Virus record (IMG/VR): IMGVR_UViG_3300037524_000529
Coordinates: 1-29,862 of that record
Source of the DNA: a virus
Taxonomy: Duplodnaviria; Caudoviricetes
Direction: 5' to 3' (one strand)
DNA: 29,862 nucleotides
Notes under the pieces: model-generated
The model's database searches: none
Told to the model about the DNA's origin: nothing
The model's input: only the letters and a program-made list of their open reading frames with translations
Shown: positions 15,801 through 24,578 of the stretch, piece by piece
How the letters are laid out: every line of letters begins with the position of its first letter
Numbering within the stretch: the first letter of the stretch is position 1
Translations under genes and position numbers: made by a program

Positions 15801-18409
15801 AGGCGTATGATGCCGACTATGGACCGACTGGTAACTGGGCACAATCCTTCGGTGATAACTTCGACTTCTCCAACTTCAAGGTGCATTTTAAGGCTCGCTA
15901 TATAGTAGACCCAGCAGGCGCAGACAATACTATGAAGATCTCTGCGGCTGACTTCGGCCCAGCTGGCAGCCTGACTAAATTCGGGGTCTTCTATCCCGGT
16001 ACCCCGAGCCAGGCAATAACTAGCTCTGTATCTGTAAGCTCCGATACGCAAGTCTCAGTTTATCTCGGATCTGGAGCCCTCCGGACCGGCGGGTCTTGGG
16101 ATGCGACTACACAATTCGACGTTACTAACCCAGGCGGTAATACGTGGCGGTATACGTATAACACAAACGGTACTGCCCCAAACTTCCTGTCGGCTTCCAT
16201 TATTTCTGGCGATGTAGTTACAATATCCTCAGCTAGTCTGTTCTCGTCTAACAACACAGGCACTTTCATTGTCACTGCAGTAACTAATACTTATTTTGAA
16301 GTCACCAAATATTCTGGGACATCAGAGAACAACAAGACCCTATCTTCTGCCGCATCTTTGCAGTTCTATCCGCTGGCTGCTTCTAATACGGCAGCGGCAG
16401 TTATAGCGCACATCGGATCAAGTCTCGGTGACTATGTAACAGCGGTCGCAGTCGGCGCTGATACCGGTATCATTTCCACTTCAACATTAGACGATACTGC
16501 CGGATCTACAGCCTCGTACACATTAGACGATGGACAGACATATATGCTAAGCTCATCCGTCGGTACCGTATCTATCCCCACAAATGACTTCACTTTGAAA
16601 GACCCATTGTCGATTTGGGGCCTAGACTTAAACGGCGAGGAGTTCTACCTTCTTCCAATTACAGCCGAGCAAGTAACCAGAATGATGAACGTATTCTCTG
16701 TAACTGGCCTGTCCACGCAAGGCGATGTTGTAGATGCGAATGCCGGCGGCTCAACGGCCATTCAGTCAGAGCTATTTGGGTCGTCTGGATCGGTACAGGT
16801 TACTGGCGGACTAGCAAACTCTTGCTCTGCTGCCCTCGTCGATTCAGCAACTGCAATAAGCTCGACAGCTCTGAAATTCTCCGTACCTCGCGCTTCAATA
16901 TCTGGGTTCCAGCCAGGACAGTGGGTAAAGATGTCCAACCTGTATCCGATAAAGAAGCCGATGGGCCTGACCTCGTCTACATCTATTGCGATTACGCCCG
17001 GCTTGACCTACACGGATATCTCGATAGCGAACTCTCCAAACCCAGCCCATCGATTTGGATACTTCCAAACGCAACGAAGACACATTGGTGGTCTCGGGTT
17101 AAGTCAAATTAGGATCGAGAAGCAGGGTAAGTTCACGTGCGCCTCGTATACTGGCACGGGCACTAATCCGCTGTTCTTTGAAACTTATTCAGTGAATAAC
17201 GTAGAGCGCGATAGCAACTCGGTGTCCACTATTACAACGACAGTCCCCCATCTTATCACCATTGGCACATCAGTTACTGTCGAAGTCTCTGGCCTAACTA
17301 ATACGTCATTTAACGGGATATTCAGAGCAGTGGCCAACGGCGCATCGACTTTGCAATACTACCAGCCCGGATTGCCAGCTGTAGTATCAGTAGCAGACAT
17401 TGGGTCAGCACAGAGGAAGTTATATAAGACCGATAGGGCTGTATTCACTAATGGGGGCGTTTTTGGCGGGACAACTCCGGGAGAGTTTGTTGTTCACTCT
17501 ACGTTCGGAAATGCATCAGTCAGCTACTTATACATAGAAAATCCAAATGTAATCGAGAACGATACATCGATAGGCCTATTCCAAGGAAACCAACTGCAGC
17601 TATATACATTCGATTCCATTCGGCCAGGCGATATAATAGACTTCGTGTACTCTGACTCAAACGTATCATACAATAGCCAGTACACGGTGACTGCAATTAA
17701 TAGCGATACATCTATTCGAGTCGACGGTGTCATGCCCACCCCATCCGGATCCCCTTATACCATCTCTTCGCTCGGGGCGCAGTATTCCAATATCGTGGCG
17801 ACTGGGAGCGATTTGTTGACAACATACGCAAAGATCATCAATATTAACTACGACCCACAGAATTCTGCTAACGCGGTAGTCGTTATAGAGGGCACCGAGT
17901 TAAATGGGCTGGCATCTAACACTTTGTCATCTTATATGACCGCCGAAAGCAAACTGGCGTTCAGTACTACCCCGAAATTCGGAGCAGACTCGTACAGGTA
18001 CTACCAAGGCCTGATCGCAGCGGTAGGCCAAGAGATCCGTGGAGATGCTTCAGACCCAGTAACTTATCCAGGCTGGGCAGCGACAGGCAGCTACATAGAG
18101 ATCCAGGCGGCTCTCCCTAAGCGTATTCAAGTATCCATCGTGGTGAGAAACCGTACCGGGGTTCCGTTCTCGATTGTTAAAACTAGGGTGCAGTCTGTTG
18201 TGGCCGCTTACATCAACGGCCTTGGCGTTGGTGAGCCTGTCGTATTCTCGCAGATCGTAAGTGCTGCACAGTCTATTGACGGCATTCAGGCTGTGAGTAT
18301 TTCAAGTCCAGCATATAATGTGGCGAATGACCAAATAGTTTCGCAGCCAAATCAAAAGCCACTTGTAGTTAATCTGAATAGCGATATTATAATTTCACTG
18401 GCGACATAA
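12860..18409 (+). CDS. Giant baseplate J / gp6-like wedge protein with multiple inserted beta domains
   Basis: N-terminal GSGARSLIEAAA...TGQDLDNIA...GIARPQATASVG...VVCTQVGTIGNVAAGAI...CTNPLVFVSGADIMSDAEFRE and C-terminal VQSVVAAYINGLGVGEPVVFSQIVSAAQSIDGIQAV are Baseplate_J hallmarks. About 1380 aa of beta-rich sequence lies between them. Confidence 0.88.
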   Translation: MAIQLRSLSQIIKEMAQTIKSKSGINDLVEGSGARSLIEAAAMSDFKSQNDIMNALSIVDIDKSTGQDLDNIAASSGIARPQATASVGNITVYRGNFDKISSKIYQGTQAPASGSVTINIADGSTFPASGAIYLGRGTDNYEGPLSYTSITLVGSYYQMTLTTPTTKNHNIGESVILSQGGNQIINAGELVQTATGVTGDPVTYRVVNTATILDGESEVTAVSVVCTQVGTIGNVAAGAIVEFTSEPYPGIKCTNPLVFVSGADIMSDAEFREYIKRREKTRVRGTDLAIIQASIGVTSEDDNKTVTSAQIRKPANNEEPSALFIDDSTGYNPIFAGQGFEQIVDNANGGELYFQLQKEDLTKALLISANQAPFAISSGMTLSFSVGGVVTTHLFSAGDFATEGAADTFEVINSINDSPNIGFSAIGYNNNKQIVIFGRDFKNEEIQNRVPTFGVDANDFIKFSDDLDYTLRLYKNEELLYKDGIVPTIYSTSPAGWGAIANGDAIQLSVDGISQTVTFVDADFLPYGYPTVSQYNSLDSWVGVFNDRVLGITATSEGGKIKIVSNRGANDRGSLEITGGDLVSTGLMFTAGDFSQGAAKDYSLNRSTGQIQLASPLAAGDVLTAGSRYTQGFVDSIDFPTSSTSLSAAPAGEMYFIVDSPAQRVSISPVAGASISVTNPSTNVWRFTGAPNDFLNVTTSFLAAPWLVVPNNGVFSVNNTGSWKVIAVGASKEYIDVYKTSGTIESVNLASNDDMVVTSSTGLVYKALLPTGTVLLSDIVTYLDSQDLPINAAIINGVALRLMTKTLDPNSGSIYIAGQNITAKTLGFDLGVLHTSRVSHIAQNRSQPDGQMIEFQHAKIAAADLTSPYTTVTAPTAFTVPKDRSIAFLNPYQTDSNQYSSNKNLIRPIENYTGAIATIEDSQLLAPIKLNDRYYISCPIDLTTKDSLAVIMDGNPTSKTFDIKLARRGVVYNSSGTTTFKAYDADYGPTGNWAQSFGDNFDFSNFKVHFKARYIVDPAGADNTMKISAADFGPAGSLTKFGVFYPGTPSQAITSSVSVSSDTQVSVYLGSGALRTGGSWDATTQFDVTNPGGNTWRYTYNTNGTAPNFLSASIISGDVVTISSASLFSSNNTGTFIVTAVTNTYFEVTKYSGTSENNKTLSSAASLQFYPLAASNTAAAVIAHIGSSLGDYVTAVAVGADTGIISTSTLDDTAGSTASYTLDDGQTYMLSSSVGTVSIPTNDFTLKDPLSIWGLDLNGEEFYLLPITAEQVTRMMNVFSVTGLSTQGDVVDANAGGSTAIQSELFGSSGSVQVTGGLANSCSAALVDSATAISSTALKFSVPRASISGFQPGQWVKMSNLYPIKKPMGLTSSTSIAITPGLTYTDISIANSPNPAHRFGYFQTQRRHIGGLGLSQIRIEKQGKFTCASYTGTGTNPLFFETYSVNNVERDSNSVSTITTTVPHLITIGTSVTVEVSGLTNTSFNGIFRAVANGASTLQYYQPGLPAVVSVADIGSAQRKLYKTDRAVFTNGGVFGGTTPGEFVVHSTFGNASVSYLYIENPNVIENDTSIGLFQGNQLQLYTFDSIRPGDIIDFVYSDSNVSYNSQYTVTAINSDTSIRVDGVMPTPSGSPYTISSLGAQYSNIVATGSDLLTTYAKIININYDPQNSANAVVVIEGTELNGLASNTLSSYMTAESKLAFSTTPKFGADSYRYYQGLIAAVGQEIRGDASDPVTYPGWAATGSYIEIQAALPKRIQVSIVVRNRTGVPFSIVKTRVQSVVAAYINGLGVGEPVVFSQIVSAAQSIDGIQAVSISSPAYNVANDQIVSQPNQKPLVVNLNSDIIISLAT

Positions 18410-18415
18410 TCGGAG

Positions 18416-18655
18416 ATGGCATTGGGAATACAAGCTGAATTTATTCTTACACGCAAACTTAACCGCCGTAAGGCATTCGCCGCTCGTAAGAGGTATCTTC
18501 TCAATTCGATGGATTGTTACATAAACGATCCAGTTTATTCGGACGAGATCCAATCTGGCAGTGAAAGAGTTGCCCCGTATGCTTATGGGGCGTGTAATAT
18601 AGACAAACTGAAGAGTTGGGAAGAAGTTGCTGAAGTGTACGAATTGATCGTATAA
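18416..18655 (+). CDS. Small hypothetical protein (79 aa) between two baseplate wedge genes
   Basis: It fills the gap almost exactly (6 nt after the upstream stop, 12 nt before the downstream ATG). GGAG abuts the ATG, so TTG at 18422 may be the true start. Basic N-half and acidic C-half. Confidence 0.5.
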   Translation: MALGIQAEFILTRKLNRRKAFAARKRYLLNSMDCYINDPVYSDEIQSGSERVAPYAYGACNIDKLKSWEEVAEVYELIV

Positions 18656-18667
18656 TGGAGAATTGGA

Positions 18668-20263
18668 ATGTCTCAAGAAGTTTATAAAAGATTAAGATCA
18701 TTTCTCAATCCATTCATCAAGGGACCATTTGTCAATGCTCTAATTGAAGCCTTGGCGGATTCTGATACTATCAACGAGGCTAATATACTCGAGGTCAAAA
18801 AGAACTTGTTAGTGGCTACAGCAGAAGAGCGATTCTTGGACAAGCTGGCATCTAGATACGGAATTACGCGCCCCCAAGGTGTTGGGATGGATGACGATTC
18901 CTTCAGAGAGCTGGTATCTACTATTAGCAATAAGCAGCTCATAACCAACGTGTTCCTGAACATCCTAGAGCAATTTTATGGAGAAGAAGCCACGCATGCC
19001 AATGTAATTAATGGTATCGCTGGCCCATATGCCTTGGTTGACGGAATGGATTTATACGTGCAGTCCGAGGCCGGAAAGATCGTTCGGGTGGAGTTCAAAT
19101 CAGCCGACTTCACTAACATATCCCAGGCTACCGCACTAGAAATAGCTCAAGTGATATCTCGATTTGCAATTGATGCCGGGGAGACATTCTACGCCCAGCA
19201 GTATATCGATCAAGTCAGCGGCGATTACTTTATACAACTGTTCTCCGGCACCAGAGGGCCTAAGTCCGCCATTAGTGTCGTTGGTGGCTCGGCACAACCA
19301 GTCCTGCTATTCCCGACAGTAAGGTCGACTACACAGGTCGGCGGTGGATCAGCCACACAATTTACATCAAGCCAGATAAACGGAAGAGTGCGCTATACAT
19401 GGACAGGCGGCAGCAATCCGAGCTTACAATTTGTTCAGATTGGCGACTATGTCACAATTAAATCTACGCCGTTTCCAGCAGATGAGGCCGGAACTTATAC
19501 AATCGAGGCTGTCTATCCAGCAGGACTCGGAGCCGCATATTTTGAAGTGGCTAATCCGATAGCAGTGGCCGGAGTCTCCACGCTCATTACTAGTTCATCA
19601 GATATTATGTTCTTCTCGCCCAAGAAGTTCACGCTTAATAGCTTGGCCAGAAAGGCCTCTATATATGAGGTTAATCCCCGTGAGATCGTGGCCTACATCC
19701 CAGCCACGGCTAGAATCGTTCGGAGATCACTGGAGGGGGCATGGCATATACATGGAACATCTACAAACCGCGACTACTTGGGGTCATACTTATTTAATCC
19801 CAAAAGCGGTTATACTATCGGCGGAGTCTCATCGACCCCGGCCCAGACCATATCTGCAGGCCGAGTCTATCCAGTCATCCAGACGGCCAGTTCAGTTTCT
19901 AATTTCCCCGATCAGACCGGGTATGTAGTATTTGATTATGGGACATCAAACGAAGAAGGGCCTGTCAAGTATTTAGGCAGAGCCTCTAATAACTCCCTCC
20001 TAATGGATGCATCATATATATATAAGAAAAACCATGTCGGCGGTACGATGGACCTTATAAGAACCTTACGTCCATATGCGCCGTCTGTTGATGGTAAGGA
20101 TTATCCGACATATCTCACCGGTACGATTGCCGGTAGGATAGCAGCCGAAGATCTGATCAACGAAATCGCTGCCGCCGGGATAAGCATAACTATAATAGTC
20201 GTTTACCCCGCAGGGCCTGGGCTGCTGAGTAACACACGACCATTCGACCCAGATATACCGTAG
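18668..20263 (+). CDS. Second baseplate wedge protein (gp7/tail protein I-like) with inserted beta domains
   Basis: TAEERFLDKLASRYGITRP...DDDSFRELV at the N-terminus and LINEIAAAGISITI at the C-terminus are typical of wedge-2 (P2 gpI/DUF2612-like) proteins. It follows baseplate J. SD GGAG upstream. Confidence 0.75.
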   Translation: MSQEVYKRLRSFLNPFIKGPFVNALIEALADSDTINEANILEVKKNLLVATAEERFLDKLASRYGITRPQGVGMDDDSFRELVSTISNKQLITNVFLNILEQFYGEEATHANVINGIAGPYALVDGMDLYVQSEAGKIVRVEFKSADFTNISQATALEIAQVISRFAIDAGETFYAQQYIDQVSGDYFIQLFSGTRGPKSAISVVGGSAQPVLLFPTVRSTTQVGGGSATQFTSSQINGRVRYTWTGGSNPSLQFVQIGDYVTIKSTPFPADEAGTYTIEAVYPAGLGAAYFEVANPIAVAGVSTLITSSSDIMFFSPKKFTLNSLARKASIYEVNPREIVAYIPATARIVRRSLEGAWHIHGTSTNRDYLGSYLFNPKSGYTIGGVSSTPAQTISAGRVYPVIQTASSVSNFPDQTGYVVFDYGTSNEEGPVKYLGRASNNSLLMDASYIYKKNHVGGTMDLIRTLRPYAPSVDGKDYPTYLTGTIAGRIAAEDLINEIAAAGISITIIVVYPAGPGLLSNTRPFDPDIP

Positions 20264-20270
20264 GTGTCAG

Positions 20271-20705
20271 ATGTCATCGCCAAAAATATTAACCGGAGCT
20301 GGTGTTAAGTTGCTGATAAATAACAAAGTCGTGGGCTTTGCTACCGGCATAACTATTACCCGAGAACAAGGCGTAAGGCCTATCTACGGCATAGACGACC
20401 CGACACCACAAGAGATAGCCATCACTGGTCCATATAAAGTGGATGGGTCATTGACGGGGCTGTATTTGTCAGAAATTACCAATCCGAATATGGCCGGAAT
20501 AATTAACGCTGCGACTTTGCAGCAGTATTTCGACCAGAAGTATTGTACCATACAAATAGTAAATAGAAAGAATGGGATAATAATGGCAAAGATTGAGAAC
20601 GTGGTGTTCCATTCAGACAGCTGGAGGCTAGAAGCCAGGGCCATCTCCACGTTTTCGGCTAATTTTATTGGAAAGTTTTTACAGGTGGTCAATCCGAATA
20701 CATAA
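20271..20705 (+). CDS. Tail-tube-fold protein (tube paralogue / tube initiator)
   Basis: 144 aa: ILTGAGVKLLINNKVVGFATGITIT...RPIYGIDDPTPQEI...VDGSLTG...IQIVNRK...IENV-x-F...FSANFIG, a pattern typical of myophage tube proteins. Confidence 0.7.
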   Translation: MSSPKILTGAGVKLLINNKVVGFATGITITREQGVRPIYGIDDPTPQEIAITGPYKVDGSLTGLYLSEITNPNMAGIINAATLQQYFDQKYCTIQIVNRKNGIIMAKIENVVFHSDSWRLEARAISTFSANFIGKFLQVVNPNT

Positions 20706-20729
20706 ATGAATTTAGTTAGTTAGGCGCGG

Positions 20730-20770
20730 ATCTTAAAATAATAGGACCGCCCTAGCGTGGATCTACGCTA
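20730..20770 (+). promoter_or_regulatory. ATCTTAAA motif followed by a leader hairpin
   Basis: ATCTTAAA at 20730-20737 is 66 nt before the ATG at 20796. Stem-loop TAGCGTG-GATC-TACGCTA at 20753-20770 has one G-U pair and no U-tract. Confidence 0.45.
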
Positions 20771-20795
20771 ATTCAATATAAAGTAGAGGTTTTTC

Positions 20796-23700
20796 ATGAT
20801 CAAACAGAAGTTTAACTGGTTGAGCGATCAGAGAGTTGATACGCCACATTTAAAGGCAGAACAAGAGGGAGTCCTATACGACTTCAAGTCTCTCTTGAAT
20901 TTCTTTGTCTCCGGTACGCCGTATATCCTTAATGGATTTAACCTACTCGGTGTGCCTGGAAAGATCGGTGGCGACGTAAGCAACCTCACGCTGTCAGTCG
21001 GCGGAGCTACAGTGTGGATGCCGGAGCAAATTGATGGAGCATTCTTACAAGTAGACCCTAGCATACCGGATATGGTGATCCAGGGAAATGCTAAGACAAT
21101 CGGATCATTTACTGCCAACGTCGATAACTACGTATCGATCCAATTCACGCGCCTTTCGGACCCGTCTACAAACGACCTAGTTAGCTTCTGGGACGTGGAA
21201 TCTAAGGCTGAATTCACAAAGACAGTTCCGCTCGGCTTGGTTTTAGACTACAGAATCGTGATCAACACTACCGGGTTCGGGACTAATTGCCCAATCGCTA
21301 TCGTTAACCTATCCGGTTCAGCCGTCAACTCTGTCAAAAACTGCAAACAAAACCTATTCAGACTTGGTACTGGCGGAGTAAACCCGGATTACACTAATGA
21401 GCAATCGCCATCTCCAGCACATGAAAACCCGCTTCTAATAACTAGCGGAGCCCAGCCAGACCCATTTGTGGGCGGAGATTGGGAGCTGGGGACATTTAAA
21501 GAGTGGATGGACATGGTCATGACCCGCATTAAGCAGTTGGGCGGGACCCAATATTGGTATGACTCTAGTGCCACTATTAGCAACATCAATCTCTCAAATA
21601 CCTGGCATGACGCTGTAGGGTCTATACTAGTTGGTGATGGTCGGTTTAAGCACAGCGCAATAAGTGCTGGGACCATCAGTTGGACATCCCCAATTATCCT
21701 TAAATCTCTCTTAAGCCCAAGGCAGTTCACTTTTGCCGGGCCTGGCAGTGATACGTTGGCAGAAAATGAAGTCTTATACGTCAAATTGGTCCGGAACCAA
21801 GACTTTGACCCAACTGTTACGTATACATTCAACGGGACTACAACCGTAATCGCATCGGCTCCTCCGGCGGTTGCGCTAGTAATTGGCGACTACATCAAGG
21901 CCGCAGCCGATCCAGAGAACGCATGGCGCCGAGTTGCAAATATAGCTGGGACTACAGTGACTCTCGATACTGCATATCCAACATCGGTCGTTGATAAGGC
22001 CGTCCGATCTCAAGGCGACTATTCTGCCCTGGAGATATTGCGCGATGCTCCGGCAGACATTGATGCTAATGCCGATGTTTATTGGATCGCCAAGCGCGAT
22101 TCTGTTGACCCAACGGCATGGGCGCTTACTTCCGTAACCAGAACTTCTGACATCTCCGAGTTCACAACAACTCTGCCACACGACCTAAAAGAAGGTCAGG
22201 CTATCGTAGTTAGCGGCGTTGCGGATTCTACATTCGACGGCATTTATGAAATAATTAGTTTACCCGCTGCCGATAAATTCCAAGTTCGGAACAATGGTCT
22301 TGATGGATCTAGCACTGGCGGTACAGCTCAGGCTGCAGCCAGGATCTATCTGCGAGGTCTTGGGGAATTAGCACAGGGTGAAGAGCTGGCCATCAACAAC
22401 CAAGTAAGCAACGATACGCTCGCATTTATTGGCGCGAAGTCTGAGACAGACGACGCCCCAGAGTACCTAGATGTCCCCACCGGATCTCTCGACCTGCCGA
22501 ACTTCAATGCAATTGCTAATGAAAACTTAACAGCCAGAACAGCTAGACTTACCGCAATGATGGCCGATAAATGGCAAGACGATAATATCAAATTTTCCCA
22601 TGGTAGGATCCGGTACAACAGAGATACAACTGAAATTGCAGTCCCCAATGCCACACTAAGAATCCCGGGAGTGGGTAGGATCATAATCAACCCATATGGA
22701 GTTACACCGACACAAACGTTAGCTCCCGATGAATGCCTGTATGTTACGTATTCTAGGACGTCTAATGCTGCGCTAACATTCCAAAAAGCCACCTTCAGTA
22801 CGTTTGTACCTAGCCACAATCAAAAGATATGTATCGTTGCGCTTGACCAAGCACTGTGGGACAGCAACGGTCCAATTTTACTAGAGACTGAGCGCGTATA
22901 TGAGGTGGACTTCGTTGACCCGATAACGACAACCTTACCCGGCACAGTACCGGCTACTATAGATGGAGTATCAGTCGCCATCGGGGATTATATATTATAT
23001 ACTGCATTATCTGGCGCCCAAGCATCTAGCCGCAATAAGGTGTACCAAAAGCAATCCGATAATACATATGGTTTTGGACATCCATCTGCGGAGCCCATAT
23101 TCGAAACTTTTGCTACGGAAGGGGTTTCTAATACCCCGTCTAATGGGGCGCTAATTCGCGTACGCAAGGGCTTGGCATATCAGAACCAATTAGGGCGATA
23201 TAATTCTTTCACATATACTGTCACTACTTGCACTCGACTGACCAATGAATCGACATTTACACTTTCGACGCCACATATGATGTCGGTAGGGGATATAGTA
23301 ACAGTCGCTGGAGTAGCAGATGTTACATTTAATGGGGTATTTACTGTCATTGCAGTAGATTACACACTAAATACATTCAAAGTATCTAATCCAGGCACTA
23401 ATGCTTCGTCGTCTGGTGGAACCGCAGTTTTCGGACATTGGGACTTCAATGATGTAACTCGACATTTCAATATGGCTGGTGACTATTTCGAGCAGTCCTC
23501 ACTTCGGACAGTCACTTTAGCAAATAATGCCACATCAAACGTATTCAGCATAGCCAAAACTGCTACTGACAATATCATCGTCGATTACTCGCTTGTACGC
23601 GGATCAACGAGAGAGTCCGGCCAAATGAGCATCACGCACAATGGCACATCTGCCGAGATCGCGGTTAACAATGCCGTCATGGGGCTCACTGGCACGACTT

Positions 23701-24569
23701 TTGCTGCGATTATAAGTGGAAACGATCTTGTACTCCAGGCTACGCTCGATAACTCTACCACCGCGACTATGAAGTACTCAATGAAGCGATGGTCTGATTC
23801 TCCGGGTGGGCCTTCTGGATTGCCTGCATATCAGCCCATTACTACTTATCCAGTTGGCCTAATTAATTCAGCATTCGCTATGTCTGATGGATCTGGTATC
23901 GAAATTGGATGCAATCCCCCTACAGTAGTTCTTGGTAAGACGCAGCTGCAATTGACTTGGTCTTATACTATGGGAATAAACGCTGGAACTACTGGCGGTG
24001 ATCTAGAAGTAATTGTGGATGGTTTGGTCTTCCCAAGATATTTAGCTGGGGTCACATTGGATGCATATTTTAAAGAAATTGATCCATACACGATTGAGCT
24101 CAATACTGATTATTCTCCATCTCCAGTATCGATAGAAATACGAAAAAGATATGGCACGTTTGATAGTAGCACCCAAAATGCTAATAAAATTGCTGGATTT
24201 TATGACTTTGTTATTGGGTCCGGAGCTCAAGTATTGAGTGGCCAAGCTACACACTCCAGTTTCTTGAGTTGCCTGGCTGTTTGTTCAGGCGGGGAACGAA
24301 TTCTAGTACTAAAGGGCCTTTATACAGAAAACGTCACAATTAATAAAAATGTAATCATCGAGGGAAAAGGAATCTCCACGTTAATTAATGGAACATTAAG
24401 TTTTAGTTCAAGTGCAGATGGATGTGTTGTCAAATTTATTCAAGTCGCTGGAAACATTACATTCCAGGCTGGTAGTTCAGTCAATTTCATGACCGAGTGT
24501 TGGCAAGACACTGGGTTTTCAGTTACAGATTCCGGTACTACTAATTATTATAATATCATTGGATTATAA
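20796..24569 (+). CDS. Large baseplate-proximal tail fibre / fibre-attachment protein, multi-domain
   Basis: N-terminal KFNWLSDQRVDTPHL resembles baseplate-anchoring N-termini. It carries two copies of a ~70-aa T-x3-PH-x-L-x2-G...V-x-GVAD-x-TF-x-G beta module, a ~100-aa beta-sandwich, and a C-terminal pectin-lyase-like start (GERILVLKGLYTENVTINKNVIIEGKG). Confidence 0.7.
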   Translation: MIKQKFNWLSDQRVDTPHLKAEQEGVLYDFKSLLNFFVSGTPYILNGFNLLGVPGKIGGDVSNLTLSVGGATVWMPEQIDGAFLQVDPSIPDMVIQGNAKTIGSFTANVDNYVSIQFTRLSDPSTNDLVSFWDVESKAEFTKTVPLGLVLDYRIVINTTGFGTNCPIAIVNLSGSAVNSVKNCKQNLFRLGTGGVNPDYTNEQSPSPAHENPLLITSGAQPDPFVGGDWELGTFKEWMDMVMTRIKQLGGTQYWYDSSATISNINLSNTWHDAVGSILVGDGRFKHSAISAGTISWTSPIILKSLLSPRQFTFAGPGSDTLAENEVLYVKLVRNQDFDPTVTYTFNGTTTVIASAPPAVALVIGDYIKAAADPENAWRRVANIAGTTVTLDTAYPTSVVDKAVRSQGDYSALEILRDAPADIDANADVYWIAKRDSVDPTAWALTSVTRTSDISEFTTTLPHDLKEGQAIVVSGVADSTFDGIYEIISLPAADKFQVRNNGLDGSSTGGTAQAAARIYLRGLGELAQGEELAINNQVSNDTLAFIGAKSETDDAPEYLDVPTGSLDLPNFNAIANENLTARTARLTAMMADKWQDDNIKFSHGRIRYNRDTTEIAVPNATLRIPGVGRIIINPYGVTPTQTLAPDECLYVTYSRTSNAALTFQKATFSTFVPSHNQKICIVALDQALWDSNGPILLETERVYEVDFVDPITTTLPGTVPATIDGVSVAIGDYILYTALSGAQASSRNKVYQKQSDNTYGFGHPSAEPIFETFATEGVSNTPSNGALIRVRKGLAYQNQLGRYNSFTYTVTTCTRLTNESTFTLSTPHMMSVGDIVTVAGVADVTFNGVFTVIAVDYTLNTFKVSNPGTNASSSGGTAVFGHWDFNDVTRHFNMAGDYFEQSSLRTVTLANNATSNVFSIAKTATDNIIVDYSLVRGSTRESGQMSITHNGTSAEIAVNNAVMGLTGTTFAAIISGNDLVLQATLDNSTTATMKYSMKRWSDSPGGPSGLPAYQPITTYPVGLINSAFAMSDGSGIEIGCNPPTVVLGKTQLQLTWSYTMGINAGTTGGDLEVIVDGLVFPRYLAGVTLDAYFKEIDPYTIELNTDYSPSPVSIEIRKRYGTFDSSTQNANKIAGFYDFVIGSGAQVLSGQATHSSFLSCLAVCSGGERILVLKGLYTENVTINKNVIIEGKGISTLINGTLSFSSSADGCVVKFIQVAGNITFQAGSSVNFMTECWQDTGFSVTDSGTTNYYNIIGL

Positions 24570-24578
24570 GGGGTTAAG

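Noticed and set aside
12860-18409. Intein or intron explaining the size of baseplate J
   Set aside because: No Hint or LAGLIDADG motifs were recognised and the frame is uninterrupted. The extra length is repeated beta modules.
20753-20770. Intrinsic terminator
   Set aside because: The hairpin lacks a following U-tract and lies downstream of the candidate promoter motif, so it is kept only as a leader hairpin.
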